Translations under genes and position numbers: made by a program
Notes under the pieces: generated by a model
The model's database searches: none
Seen by the model: the letters and a program-made list of their open reading frames with translations, nothing else
Told to the model about the DNA's origin: nothing
Source of the DNA: Candidatus Krumholzibacteriia bacterium
GTDB taxonomy: Bacteria > Krumholzibacteriota > Krumholzibacteriia > LZORAL124-64-63
DNA: 58,045 nucleotides
Assembly (NCBI GenBank): GCA_046484865.1
Contig: JAWOID010000132.1
Coordinates: forward strand, 1 to 58,045
Direction of reading: 5' to 3'
In this document: positions 1 to 8,476 of the stretch, piece after piece
How the letters are laid out: the number at the start of each line of letters is the position of its first letter
Numbering within the stretch: the stretch's first letter is position 1

Positions 1-104
1 CTATGGCTGGCCACGGAGCCGGTACTCCTGTAAGCAAGACCATTGAGCAGCTGGCCGACATGTACGGTTTCACCCTCTGGAATATGGGTGTAAAGGGGTT
101 GTAG
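1..104 (+). CDS. C-terminal fragment of a prolyl oligopeptidase (S9 family), probably foreign to the rest of the contig
   Basis: Frame 3 reads [33 protein letters not shown], matching the catalytic-His 'AGHGAG' C-terminus of prolyl endopeptidases. Visibly lower GC than the downstream sequence. Confidence 0.7.
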   Translation, partial: MAGHGAGTPVSKTIEQLADMYGFTLWNMGVKGL

Positions 105-141
105 CTCAGGGCGCAGGGCGCAGGGCTCAGGGCAGCCAGGG
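105..141. repeat. Short imperfect 7-bp tandem repeat (CAGGGCG/CAGGGCT)
   Basis: ctcagggcgcagggcgcagggctcagggcagccaggg. Confidence 0.7.
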
Positions 142-151
142 TTGTTCTTTG

Positions 152-307
152 GCCCTCGGCGCCGGCTCCCTCGAGAACAGCCGCGGGGTGCTGGCCGGCT
201 GGATCGCCGATCCGCAGAGCCTCAAACCACGGGTGAGGATGCCGCGCGCGTACCTGCCGCCCGAGGACCTGCACGCGCTCGTCGACTACCTGAGGAGCCT
301 GGAATGA
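152..307 (+). CDS. coxB: 3' end of cytochrome c oxidase subunit II with a cytochrome c domain (partial)
   Basis: Frame 2 reads ALGAGSLENSRGVLAGWIADPQSLKPRVRMPRAYLPPEDLHALVDYLRSLE*, a typical caa3-type CoxB C-terminus. Its TGA overlaps the coxA ATG (ATGA). Confidence 0.75.
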   Translation, partial: ALGAGSLENSRGVLAGWIADPQSLKPRVRMPRAYLPPEDLHALVDYLRSLE

Positions 308-2883
308 CCCCGCTGGCCGGCACCGAGCTCCACCAGCGCTTCACCCGCACCTGGGAGTCGCCGTCCGGGCTCTCCGGCTGGATCGCCACCGTCAACAGCC
401 GTCCGCTGGGCGAGCGTTACATGCTCACGGCGCTCGGGTTCTTCACCGTCGGCATCCTGCTGGCCCTGGTGATGCGGTCGCAACTCGCCGTCCCCGACAA
501 CACCCTGTTGGGCCCCGATGCGTACAACGGCGTCTTCACCATGCACGGCTCGACGATGCTGTACCTGTTCGCGGTCCCCTTCATCGAGGGGCTGGCCATC
601 TACCTGATCCCGCTGCTCGTCGGCTCGCGCGACCTGGCCTTCCCGCGCCTCACCAACTTCGGCTACTGGCTCTACCTGTTCGGCGGCTCGACCATGTACG
701 CCAGCGTCCTGTTCGGCGTGGTGGCCGATGCGGCCTGGACCGCCTATCCGCCGCTCGCCGGGCCGCAGCACTCGGGGCTGGGCCTCGACTTCTGGCTGCT
801 GGGTCTGAGCATGATCGAGATCGCCGGCATCGGCGCCGCGGTGGAGATCGTCGCCACCATCCTGAAGCTGCGCGCCCCCGGCATGGCGATCCAGCACCTG
901 CCGGTCCTCGCCTGGTCGTATCTGGTCACCGGGCTGATGATCATCTTCGCCTTCACGCCCCTGCTGCTGGCCACCCTCATGCTGGAGATGGACCGCGCCT
1001 TCGGCACCTGCTTCTTCGACCCCGCGCTGGGCGGCAGCTCGCTGCTCTGGCAGCACCTCTTCTGGTGGTTCGGCCATCCCGAGGTCTACATCATCTTCCT
1101 GCCGGCCACGGGCGTGATCTCGGAGATCGTGCCGGTGCTCGCGCGGCGGCGCCTGGTGGCCTACCCACTGGTGGTGGCCGCCATCGTGACCACCGGCTAC
1201 GTGAGCTTCGGCCTGTGGTCGCACCACATGTTCACCACCGGGATTCCCGAGCTGCCGATGCACTTCTTCACCGCCGCCAGCTACATGATCGCACTGGCGT
1301 CGGGCGTGCAGATCTTCGCCTGGATCGCGACCCTGTGGGGCAGCCGGCCGCGTTACGACGTGCGGATGCTGTACCTGCTGGGCTTCTTCTTCATCTTCGT
1401 CAACGGGGGCCTCACCGGGGTGATGGTCGCCACCATGACCTTCGACTGGCAGGTGCACGAGACCAACTTCGTGGTCGCCCACTTCCATCACGTCTTGATC
1501 GGCGGCGCGGTGCTGCCGCTGCTGGCCGGCCTGCACCACTGGCTGCCGAAGATCAGCGGCCGGACCTTCAGCACCGTCTGGGCGAAGATCGCCTTCGGCT
1601 TCATCTTCGTGGGCTTCAACACCACCTTCCTGCCCATGTACGTCATCGGCCTGTTCGGAATGCGGCGGCGGGTCTACACCTATCCGGAGGAGCTGGGCGT
1701 CGGTACGTTGAACCTGATCTCGACCGTGGGTGCCTACCTGCTCGCCGCCGGCTTTCTGACGGCCCTGATCAACCTGGCCTGGAACGCGCGACGGGGACGT
1801 CGGGCCGGCGCCGACCCGTGGGGCGCCGGATCTCTGGAGTGGTCGGTCGCCTCGCCGCCGCCGCCGTACGGCTTCGGCCGGCCGCCGGTGGTGCGCGACC
1901 TGTATCCGCAGTGGCAACGGGTGGGCGAGCCTCCGCCGGCCGACCGGCGGGCGCGAGCGCTCGAACCGGTGGCCGCGGCCCTGGAGTACCGTCCGAGCGG
2001 CTGGCGGGCGACGCTGCTCACCGATCTCACCAACGCCCAGCCGCAGACGGTGCAGTTCCTGCCCGGGCCCACTCACCTCCCGTTCGCCACGGCGGTGGCC
2101 ATCCTGGTGGCCGCGATCGGCATGCTGGCGCAGAGCTACCGGCTCGCGGCGGTGGCGCTGCTCGTCGCCGCGGCGCTGGTGGGCCGCTGGATCACGCGGG
2201 AGCCTGAGCTGCCGCCGGAAGAGGTCCGCCTGCTGGCGGATCGGCCCGGCCTGCCGGTGCACGGCACCGGCCGGCGCGCCCTGGCCTGGTGGGGCATGGT
2301 GGGGATGCTGGCGGTCCTGTTCACGGTGCTCGGCGCCCTGCTGTTCTCCTACTTCTACCTGCGCCTGTACTCCGACCAGTGGCCCCAGGAGGGCTTGCCC
2401 CGGCCGGGGCTCGCCGCCGGGCTCGGTGCGATGGGCGTGCTGGTGGCGGGAGGCGTGGCGCAGGTGCTCGGCGCCCTGGCGTGGCGGCGAGGCGCGCAGT
2501 CGGACGCACGGCCGGGCGCGGGGTCGCGCCGGGTGGCGGGCCTGGAGCCGCGCCGGGCGCTGATCGTGTCCCTGGCTGCCACCCTGTTGCTGGGGCTCGC
2601 ATTCGTCGCGCTGGCCGTCGGGAATCACCCGGCGACGTTCGCCCCGACCGTCAACGCCTACGCCTCGATCTATCACACCGTCAACGGGTTCGCGTACCTG
2701 GTGGTGGTCGTGGGCATCGCGCTGCAGGCTGGCACGCTCGCGAGGGTGCTCCGGCGTGGTGAACCGCTGGCGGCGCCGCGTCTGCGGCTGTGGCTCCAGA
2801 ACAGCGAGCTCTACTGGTTCTTCGCCGTGGCGACGGCGGCGATCGGGCTCGCGGTCACCCAGCTCGTACCGCACGTCATGTAG
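304..2883 (+). CDS. coxA: Cytochrome c oxidase subunit I fused to a subunit III-like C-terminal domain (A1-type)
   Basis: Motifs FTMHG, WFGHPEVY, WSHHMF, VAHFH and GMRRR. The extra TM region has 'LLFSYFYLR' and 'ELYWFFAV', resembling CoxIII. Start placed at the ATG coupled to the coxB stop. Confidence 0.92.
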   Translation: MTPLAGTELHQRFTRTWESPSGLSGWIATVNSRPLGERYMLTALGFFTVGILLALVMRSQLAVPDNTLLGPDAYNGVFTMHGSTMLYLFAVPFIEGLAIYLIPLLVGSRDLAFPRLTNFGYWLYLFGGSTMYASVLFGVVADAAWTAYPPLAGPQHSGLGLDFWLLGLSMIEIAGIGAAVEIVATILKLRAPGMAIQHLPVLAWSYLVTGLMIIFAFTPLLLATLMLEMDRAFGTCFFDPALGGSSLLWQHLFWWFGHPEVYIIFLPATGVISEIVPVLARRRLVAYPLVVAAIVTTGYVSFGLWSHHMFTTGIPELPMHFFTAASYMIALASGVQIFAWIATLWGSRPRYDVRMLYLLGFFFIFVNGGLTGVMVATMTFDWQVHETNFVVAHFHHVLIGGAVLPLLAGLHHWLPKISGRTFSTVWAKIAFGFIFVGFNTTFLPMYVIGLFGMRRRVYTYPEELGVGTLNLISTVGAYLLAAGFLTALINLAWNARRGRRAGADPWGAGSLEWSVASPPPPYGFGRPPVVRDLYPQWQRVGEPPPADRRARALEPVAAALEYRPSGWRATLLTDLTNAQPQTVQFLPGPTHLPFATAVAILVAAIGMLAQSYRLAAVALLVAAALVGRWITREPELPPEEVRLLADRPGLPVHGTGRRALAWWGMVGMLAVLFTVLGALLFSYFYLRLYSDQWPQEGLPRPGLAAGLGAMGVLVAGGVAQVLGALAWRRGAQSDARPGAGSRRVAGLEPRRALIVSLAATLLLGLAFVALAVGNHPATFAPTVNAYASIYHTVNGFAYLVVVVGIALQAGTLARVLRRGEPLAAPRLRLWLQNSELYWFFAVATAAIGLAVTQLVPHVM

Positions 2884-2942
2884 GCGCGCCTTACCACGTA
2901 GGCGTGCGGCACACCACCGGGAGCGACGAGGAGGGATGCGCG

Positions 2943-3446
2943 ATGCACACTGAAGTCACGATCGCTGGCGGGGCCGCCGATCACCCGCGCATCTGGCGTC
3001 GCTGGTTCGCCTTCCTGGCCGGCGGCGTGGCCTGGACCTTCCACCTGCTCTCGATCTACGCCATCGGCGAATTCGGATGCGTCAGCGGCCTCGGCCGCGT
3101 GACATACGGAGGAGTGAGCGCCGTCGCCTGGCTCATCCTGGGTGCGAGCGCGCTGGCGCTGGCGGTGGCGGCGGCCGCCGCCTGGGTCGGCTACCGGGAC
3201 AAGCGGCGGGACGACCGACGGAACGCGCGGCGAGGCCGCGCAGACGACGCGCGGGGAGGCGACGCCGGGCGCGACACGCGGCGAAGGCCCCGGGACGCCC
3301 CCCGGGGCGCCTCCCGCGACGACCCACGCGGCGACGACGAAGGGGGCGAGTACCTCTCCTGGTTCGGCGCCATCCTGAGCGGCCTCTTCACGCTGATCAT
3401 CCTGGTGGAGACCCTGCCGGTGTTCTCGTATCTCGACGGGTGCTGA
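2943..3446 (+). CDS. Small membrane protein associated with the cox operon
   Basis: GAGGAGG RBS, three hydrophobic segments, a Cys in 'EFGC' and a terminal Cys, and an Arg/Asp-rich low-complexity insert. Confidence 0.7.
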   Translation: MHTEVTIAGGAADHPRIWRRWFAFLAGGVAWTFHLLSIYAIGEFGCVSGLGRVTYGGVSAVAWLILGASALALAVAAAAAWVGYRDKRRDDRRNARRGRADDARGGDAGRDTRRRPRDAPRGASRDDPRGDDEGGEYLSWFGAILSGLFTLIILVETLPVFSYLDGC

Positions 3447-4464
3447 GGCCGTCGTCGGCGAGCTTGACCAGCATCTTGCCGATGTTCTCGCCCTCGAACA
3501 GCCCGAGAAAGGCACGCGGCGCGCTCTCGATCCCCTCGTGGACGGTCTCGCGCCAGCGGATCTTGCCCTCGGCGATCCAGCGGCTCATGTCGCGCTGGAA
3601 GTCCGGCAAGCGTTCGCCGTGGTCGGAGACGATGAAGCCGCGCATGGTGATGCGTCTGGCGATCATCCGGATCAGGTTGCGCGGGCCGCCGCGCGGCCGT
3701 TCCTGGTTGTACGCCGAGATCATGCCGCAGGCGGCGATGCGGCCGAAGTCGTTGAGGCTCTGCAGCGCGGCCTCCAGGTGGTCGCCGCCGACGTTGTCGA
3801 AGTAGACGTCGATGCCGTCGGGTGCGGCCCGGGCCAGGGCCGTGGCCACGCTGCGCACCTCCTTGTACGCGATGGTCTGGTCCACCCCGAGGTCCTCCGC
3901 GAGCCAGGCCACCTTCGCGGCCGAGCCGGCGCTGCCGACGACCTTGCAGTCGTGGAGCCGGGCGATCTGACACGCCACCGAGCCGACGGCGCCCGCCGCC
4001 GCCGAGACGAAGACCGTCTCGCCCGGCTGGAGCGCGGCGATGTCCAGCAACCCCACGTAGGCGGTGAATCCGGTCATGCCCAGGACGCCCAGGTAGGCGG
4101 GCAGCGGCGCCAGGGCGGGATCGACGCGAGTCGCCTGCGCCGGTGATCCTACCCACAGCTCGCGCCAGCCGTTCAGGCTGTGGACCGCATCGCCCGCCTG
4201 GAAGTCGGGATGACGCGACGCGAGCACCTCCCCGATGCACTCGCCCGTCAGCGGCTCGCCCAGCTCGAACGGCTCGACGTAGCTGTCCAGGGCCCGCATG
4301 CGCCCGCGCATGTAGGGATCCACCGACATCCAGAGGTTGCGCACCAGGATCTCGCCGTCGGCGGGTTCCCGCAGCTCGGTGGTGACGACGGCGAACGCTG
4401 CCTCGGTGGGCAGCCCCGAGGGACGCGCGACGAGGTGGATCTCGCGACTGGTGAGACGATTCAT
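3397..4464 (-). CDS. NADP-dependent oxidoreductase (CurA / prostaglandin reductase-like MDR)
   Basis: Motifs SVDPYMRGRM, LGMTGFTAY, SAAAGAVGS, YFDNVGG and GENIGKMLVKL. Confidence 0.92.
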   Translation of the reverse strand: MNRLTSREIHLVARPSGLPTEAAFAVVTTELREPADGEILVRNLWMSVDPYMRGRMRALDSYVEPFELGEPLTGECIGEVLASRHPDFQAGDAVHSLNGWRELWVGSPAQATRVDPALAPLPAYLGVLGMTGFTAYVGLLDIAALQPGETVFVSAAAGAVGSVACQIARLHDCKVVGSAGSAAKVAWLAEDLGVDQTIAYKEVRSVATALARAAPDGIDVYFDNVGGDHLEAALQSLNDFGRIAACGMISAYNQERPRGGPRNLIRMIARRITMRGFIVSDHGERLPDFQRDMSRWIAEGKIRWRETVHEGIESAPRAFLGLFEGENIGKMLVKLADDGLSTRRDTRTPAGSPPG

Positions 4465-4490
4465 GTCGGTCCTCCGGAGGCTGGCGACGG

Positions 4491-4552
4491 CCCGGTCTGG
4501 CGGCGGCGGAGGCCGCGACCCCCCGGTCTGGCGGCGGCGGAGCCCGCGACAC
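4491..4552. repeat. Two tandem ~31-bp direct repeats in intergenic DNA
   Basis: cccggtctggcggcggcggag(g/c)ccgcgac occurs twice. Confidence 0.7.
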
Positions 4553-4739
4553 CCCGGGGCAGGTCATGGCGACTCACTCCATACGCTGAGGGCAAGCGGA
4601 AGACGCCGCAACCTGCCGGTCGGCCCGGGCACAGGCCCGGGAAGCGGCGTCGCGGCTTCCGTTCTGATCTTCGACGACATCGTCCGCGACCACGCGGAAC
4701 GCTGGATCGACCGCCGCCGTGCGACGGTCGGCGGCGAGA

Positions 4740-6539
4740 TCAGCGCACCAGCGTGAGCGGCCGCGCGTGCCGCTCGCCGCCCGCTTGCAGCCGCACGTGA
4801 TACGCCCCCGACGCAACGGCCCGGCCGGCCGCATCGCGGCCGTCCCATGTCGCCTCGTGCCGGCCCGCGGAGGCCCGGCCGGTCCTCAGCGTCCGCACGC
4901 GCCGGCCGGCGCCGTCGTGGATGTCCAGCCTGACCGGGCCGTCCTCGGCCAGCACGAAGACGATCGTGGTGGCGGGATTGAACGGATTCGGCCGGTTCGG
5001 CAGCAGCATCGTACCGGCCAGGGGCACCTCGGGGGCAGCCGTCGTGCCGGTCGGGAACCAGTCGTACCAGACGCCTACCGCCTCCGACCCGCGCCCGTCG
5101 GTCCAGGCGGTCTCGATCCGGTCGCCCAGCGAGGGGTTCAGGGCGACGGCGGGGCCCGGATCCCAGCTCAGGACCCAGCCGGGCGATGCGGTCTGGAAGT
5201 CCGGCGTCCAGCCGGGGGTCGTCCCTGGACCCGTGGTCGTGGTGACCAGGCAGCCGGATTCCCGGAAGTAGGCCGCGACGATGAGGTCGCTGTGGAGGGC
5301 CGCCGCCAGGGCAGGGATGGTCTCGTCGGCGTCGTACCGGAAGGGCGGGAAGCTCGTGGACCAGCTTCCACCGCCGTCTCCGGTGACGGCCGCGTCGATG
5401 TCCCACCGGGCGTCGTACCACATGTGGTAGGCGACCACCGCGAAGGAGCTGCCATGCGCAGCGGCCACCGCAGGCGAGCAGTAGGGCGAGACCCCGGACC
5501 GCAGCACGACGGGCGCATCCCAGTTCGAGCCCAGATCGCGGCTGCGGATCACCTCCAGGTCCGCCTGCCAGTAGCCGGTCGGACGGGCATGCGCCACGTA
5601 GAGGTTCCCGTGGCCGTAGTCGATCTCCGGTTCGCGCTGGTTGCACTCCCCGGTGTAGGACGCGAGGACGGACGGCGAACTCCAGGTCTCGCCCCCGTCC
5701 GCAGTCGTGGCGAACGCGATCGTGGTGCTGCCGCCGACGCAGACGTCCATAACGGCGTACCCCCACCAGTTCATCGTGTATTGCGGGTAGTCGACGCAGA
5801 GATCGGCCTGACCGAAGGTGGCGCCGGAGGCGATCGCCGACACGAAGTGGGAGCCGTCGTCCAGGTCCCACGAGTGCATCCAGACGTCCGAGACGAAGTC
5901 GTGAACGTGGGCGAGTGCGATCAGCAGCTTGCGACCGGTCGGCTGCAGGCCCTCGGCCACGGCCATCGAGGTCGGGTAGACGCGGCCGCCGGAGAACACG
6001 ACGAAGTACCACAACGTCCATGAGTCACCGGAATCGAGCGAGCGGTACACGTCCATCCGGCTCGGCTCGTCCGTGCGGGCGCACGCCAGGTAGAGCGTGC
6101 CGTCCTCGCCCACGTCGAGCACCGGTCCGCTGGCGGGACGGTGCGGAGCGTTCACCTGCAGGTCGCTGCCGATCAGCTTGGAGGCGGCGACCGGTCGGTC
6201 GACCTTCACCACCCGCGGCGGCTCCGGAGGCGGGTCGGGAACCGGCAGCGTCGGCCGATCTTCCCTCAGCTCCGCGCGGAGGGCGGCAACGGCGGTCAGG
6301 TCGCCTGCGTGACGGGCCCGCTGGAGGTCCGCGAGAAAAGCGGCGCGTGCGGGGTCCAGCCGGGCGATTCCTCCTGCGACCGCCGGCAAGATTGCCTTCT
6401 CTGTCGCGCCGGCCGGGAACGGCGGCAGCGCGCAGGTCGTGATCACCACGAGCACGGTGAAGCAGAGGACCTCGGTGCGCGAGTTCCTTGCCGGCTCCGC
6501 TGGTCGCGCTTCTGCTCGGTTTCTTCTGTTCCACTCCAT
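4740..6539 (-). CDS. Secreted BNR/Asp-box (sialidase-like propeller) protein with a FlgD-Ig/T9SS-like C-terminal domain
   Basis: Asp-boxes SLDSGDSW, TADGGETW, SRDLGSNW and TGDGGGSW. C-terminus PNRPNPFNP...WDGRDAAGRAVASGAY. N-terminal hydrophobic signal. Confidence 0.78.
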   Translation of the reverse strand: MEWNRRNRAEARPAEPARNSRTEVLCFTVLVVITTCALPPFPAGATEKAILPAVAGGIARLDPARAAFLADLQRARHAGDLTAVAALRAELREDRPTLPVPDPPPEPPRVVKVDRPVAASKLIGSDLQVNAPHRPASGPVLDVGEDGTLYLACARTDEPSRMDVYRSLDSGDSWTLWYFVVFSGGRVYPTSMAVAEGLQPTGRKLLIALAHVHDFVSDVWMHSWDLDDGSHFVSAIASGATFGQADLCVDYPQYTMNWWGYAVMDVCVGGSTTIAFATTADGGETWSSPSVLASYTGECNQREPEIDYGHGNLYVAHARPTGYWQADLEVIRSRDLGSNWDAPVVLRSGVSPYCSPAVAAAHGSSFAVVAYHMWYDARWDIDAAVTGDGGGSWSTSFPPFRYDADETIPALAAALHSDLIVAAYFRESGCLVTTTTGPGTTPGWTPDFQTASPGWVLSWDPGPAVALNPSLGDRIETAWTDGRGSEAVGVWYDWFPTGTTAAPEVPLAGTMLLPNRPNPFNPATTIVFVLAEDGPVRLDIHDGAGRRVRTLRTGRASAGRHEATWDGRDAAGRAVASGAYHVRLQAGGERHARPLTLVR

Positions 6540-6776
6540 CAGCCGACCCCCTCGCGCTGTCAGTCCTGGTCTGCGACCCGACATCCAGGCCGCACGTCAC
6601 CGGTGCGGCGACCTATCACTGATGAGACGCGCCACGAGGGTCGAGAATCACACGATCCGACGCCGGCGCGAACCGTGTCCTGGAGGGAAGGCCGGGCCCA
6701 TCCGTCCTGGCCCTCGCCGCGGTCGTCGGCTACCATGCGGGATGCGCCGTCACACCCCCCTACCTGGAAGGCTTCG

Positions 6777-8066
6777 ATGGAGTCGATGACCGCCTGGTTC
6801 ATGCGCCGAGGGATGGACGACGATGCTGCCGCCCTGCTGGCCGGCGCCATCGCGGTCGTCATCCTGATCCTGGTGGCCGTCGTGGCGAAGTTCCTGACCC
6901 GCCGGGTGCTCCTTTCGCTGCTCGACCGTATCGTCGAGCGCAGTTCCACCAGGTGGGACGACATCCTCCGTGGTCACGGCTTCTTCCGACGGCTGGCACA
7001 CCTGGCGCCGGCCATCGTGCTGCACCTGGGGGCGCCGCTGGCCTTTCCCCACACCCCGCAGCTGGTGGCGGTGGTGCAGGCGGTGGCCGCGGCGTACATG
7101 ATCCTGGTGGCGGTGCTGGCGGCCGACTCGCTGCTGGGCGCCGTGCTGAACATCTATCAGCAGCACGAGGTCTCGCGCCGCGTCCCCATCAAGGTCTTCG
7201 TACAGGTGGCCAAGATCGTGATCGTCTTCATTGCGGCGATCATGGTGCTGTCGGTGCTGCTCGATCGATCGCCGCTCGTGTTCTTCAGCGGCCTGGGCGC
7301 GATCACCGCCGTCCTCCTGCTCATCTTCAAGGACTCCATCCTCGGCCTGGTGGCCGGCATCCAGCTCTCGGGCAACGACATGGTGCGCCGCGGCGACTGG
7401 ATCCAGATGGACAAGTACGGCGCCGACGGCGACGTCATCGACGTGGCCCTCACCACGGTGAAGGTCCAGAACTGGGACAAGACCATCACCACCATCCCCA
7501 CCTACGCCCTGATCAGCGACAGCTTCCAGAACTGGCGGGGGATGCAGGAGGCGGGCGGCCGGCGGATCAAGCGCTCCATCCACATCGACATGACCAGCGT
7601 CCGGATCCTCGACGAGGAGATGCTCGGGCGATTCCGTCGCTTCCAGCACATCACCGGCTATCTGGACCGCAAGCTGGAGGAGCTGCGCCGCTGGAACGCC
7701 GAGCACACCGTGGACGAACGCGAGCTGGTCAACGGGCGCCGGCTCACCAACCTCGGGACCTTCCGGGCGTACCTGGAGGCCTACCTGCGACAGCACGCCA
7801 GGCTCCACCAGGGCCTGACGCTCATGGTGCGGCACCTGCCGCCCGGCCCCACGGGCATTCCCATCGAGATCTACTGCTTCACCAGCACGACGGCATGGGT
7901 GGAGTACGAGGGGATCCAGGCCGACATCTTCGATCACGTGATCGCGGTGGTGCCGCTGTTCGGACTGCGCGTCTTCCAGCAGCCCACGGGCGCCGACGTG
8001 GTCCGGGTGGGCGAGACGTTGCGCGGGGGAGAGAGCCATGGCAGTGCGGGTGGTGAGACTCGGTAG
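6777..8066 (+). CDS. Mechanosensitive channel, MscS family (YbdG/MscM-like)
   Basis: Motifs FKDSILGLVAGIQL, GDWIQM, TVKVQNWDKT, GGRRIKRS and EYEGIQADIFDH. Confidence 0.92.
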   Translation: MESMTAWFMRRGMDDDAAALLAGAIAVVILILVAVVAKFLTRRVLLSLLDRIVERSSTRWDDILRGHGFFRRLAHLAPAIVLHLGAPLAFPHTPQLVAVVQAVAAAYMILVAVLAADSLLGAVLNIYQQHEVSRRVPIKVFVQVAKIVIVFIAAIMVLSVLLDRSPLVFFSGLGAITAVLLLIFKDSILGLVAGIQLSGNDMVRRGDWIQMDKYGADGDVIDVALTTVKVQNWDKTITTIPTYALISDSFQNWRGMQEAGGRRIKRSIHIDMTSVRILDEEMLGRFRRFQHITGYLDRKLEELRRWNAEHTVDERELVNGRRLTNLGTFRAYLEAYLRQHARLHQGLTLMVRHLPPGPTGIPIEIYCFTSTTAWVEYEGIQADIFDHVIAVVPLFGLRVFQQPTGADVVRVGETLRGGESHGSAGGETR

Positions 8067-8436
8067 TCCGCGAACGCCGGGCGAGGGCCTCCGCATCGGC
8101 ACGGTCCGCCGGCCGCCGCGCGGCGTGCCGAAGGCGGAATTCGCGTCCCGGAACTGGTACGACGTGTGGTTCCCTGTCCTGGCGCCGAGCCCCGAGACCA
8201 TGAAGCTCGGGCGGACGGCCGAAACGCCCGCCCAGTGGGCCGCATTCGTCAGGAAGTACCGGGCCGAGATGGCCGCGCCCGCCGGCAGCCATGCCCTCGC
8301 GCTCCTTGCCGCCCTGTCCCGCCAGACCGACTTCTCGGTCGGCTGCTACTGCGAGGACGAGGCGCGTTGCCACCGATCGGTGCTGCGCGAACTCCTGGTG
8401 GAGAACGGGGCCGAACTGAAGCCCTCGCCGGCCTGA
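8038..8436 (+). CDS. DUF488-family protein
   Basis: Motifs RRPPRGVPK, WFPVLAPS and CYCEDEARCHRSVL. Confidence 0.85.
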   Translation: MAVRVVRLGSPRTPGEGLRIGTVRRPPRGVPKAEFASRNWYDVWFPVLAPSPETMKLGRTAETPAQWAAFVRKYRAEMAAPAGSHALALLAALSRQTDFSVGCYCEDEARCHRSVLRELLVENGAELKPSPA

Positions 8437-8476
8437 TCGCGGGGTCCGCTCCAGCTCGATGCCGGCGCCTCGCGGG

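Noticed and set aside
142..303. N-terminal extension of coxA in the ORF track
   Set aside because: This stretch encodes the coxB C-terminus in another frame. The true start is the coupled ATG at 304.
286..2874. Long antisense and alternative-frame ORFs (e.g. 286..2874, 18708..20753, 45219..47648, 53051..55543)
   Set aside because: These are shadow ORFs of high-GC genes. They are Arg/Pro/Gly-rich, lack motifs and overlap well-supported genes.
3397..3446. 50-bp convergent overlap of two CDS
   Set aside because: It is explained by a short non-conserved extension after GKMLVKL, which is common in high-GC genomes.
4491..4552. Direct repeat as a mini-CRISPR or att site
   Set aside because: There are only two abutting copies, no spacer, and no integrase nearby.
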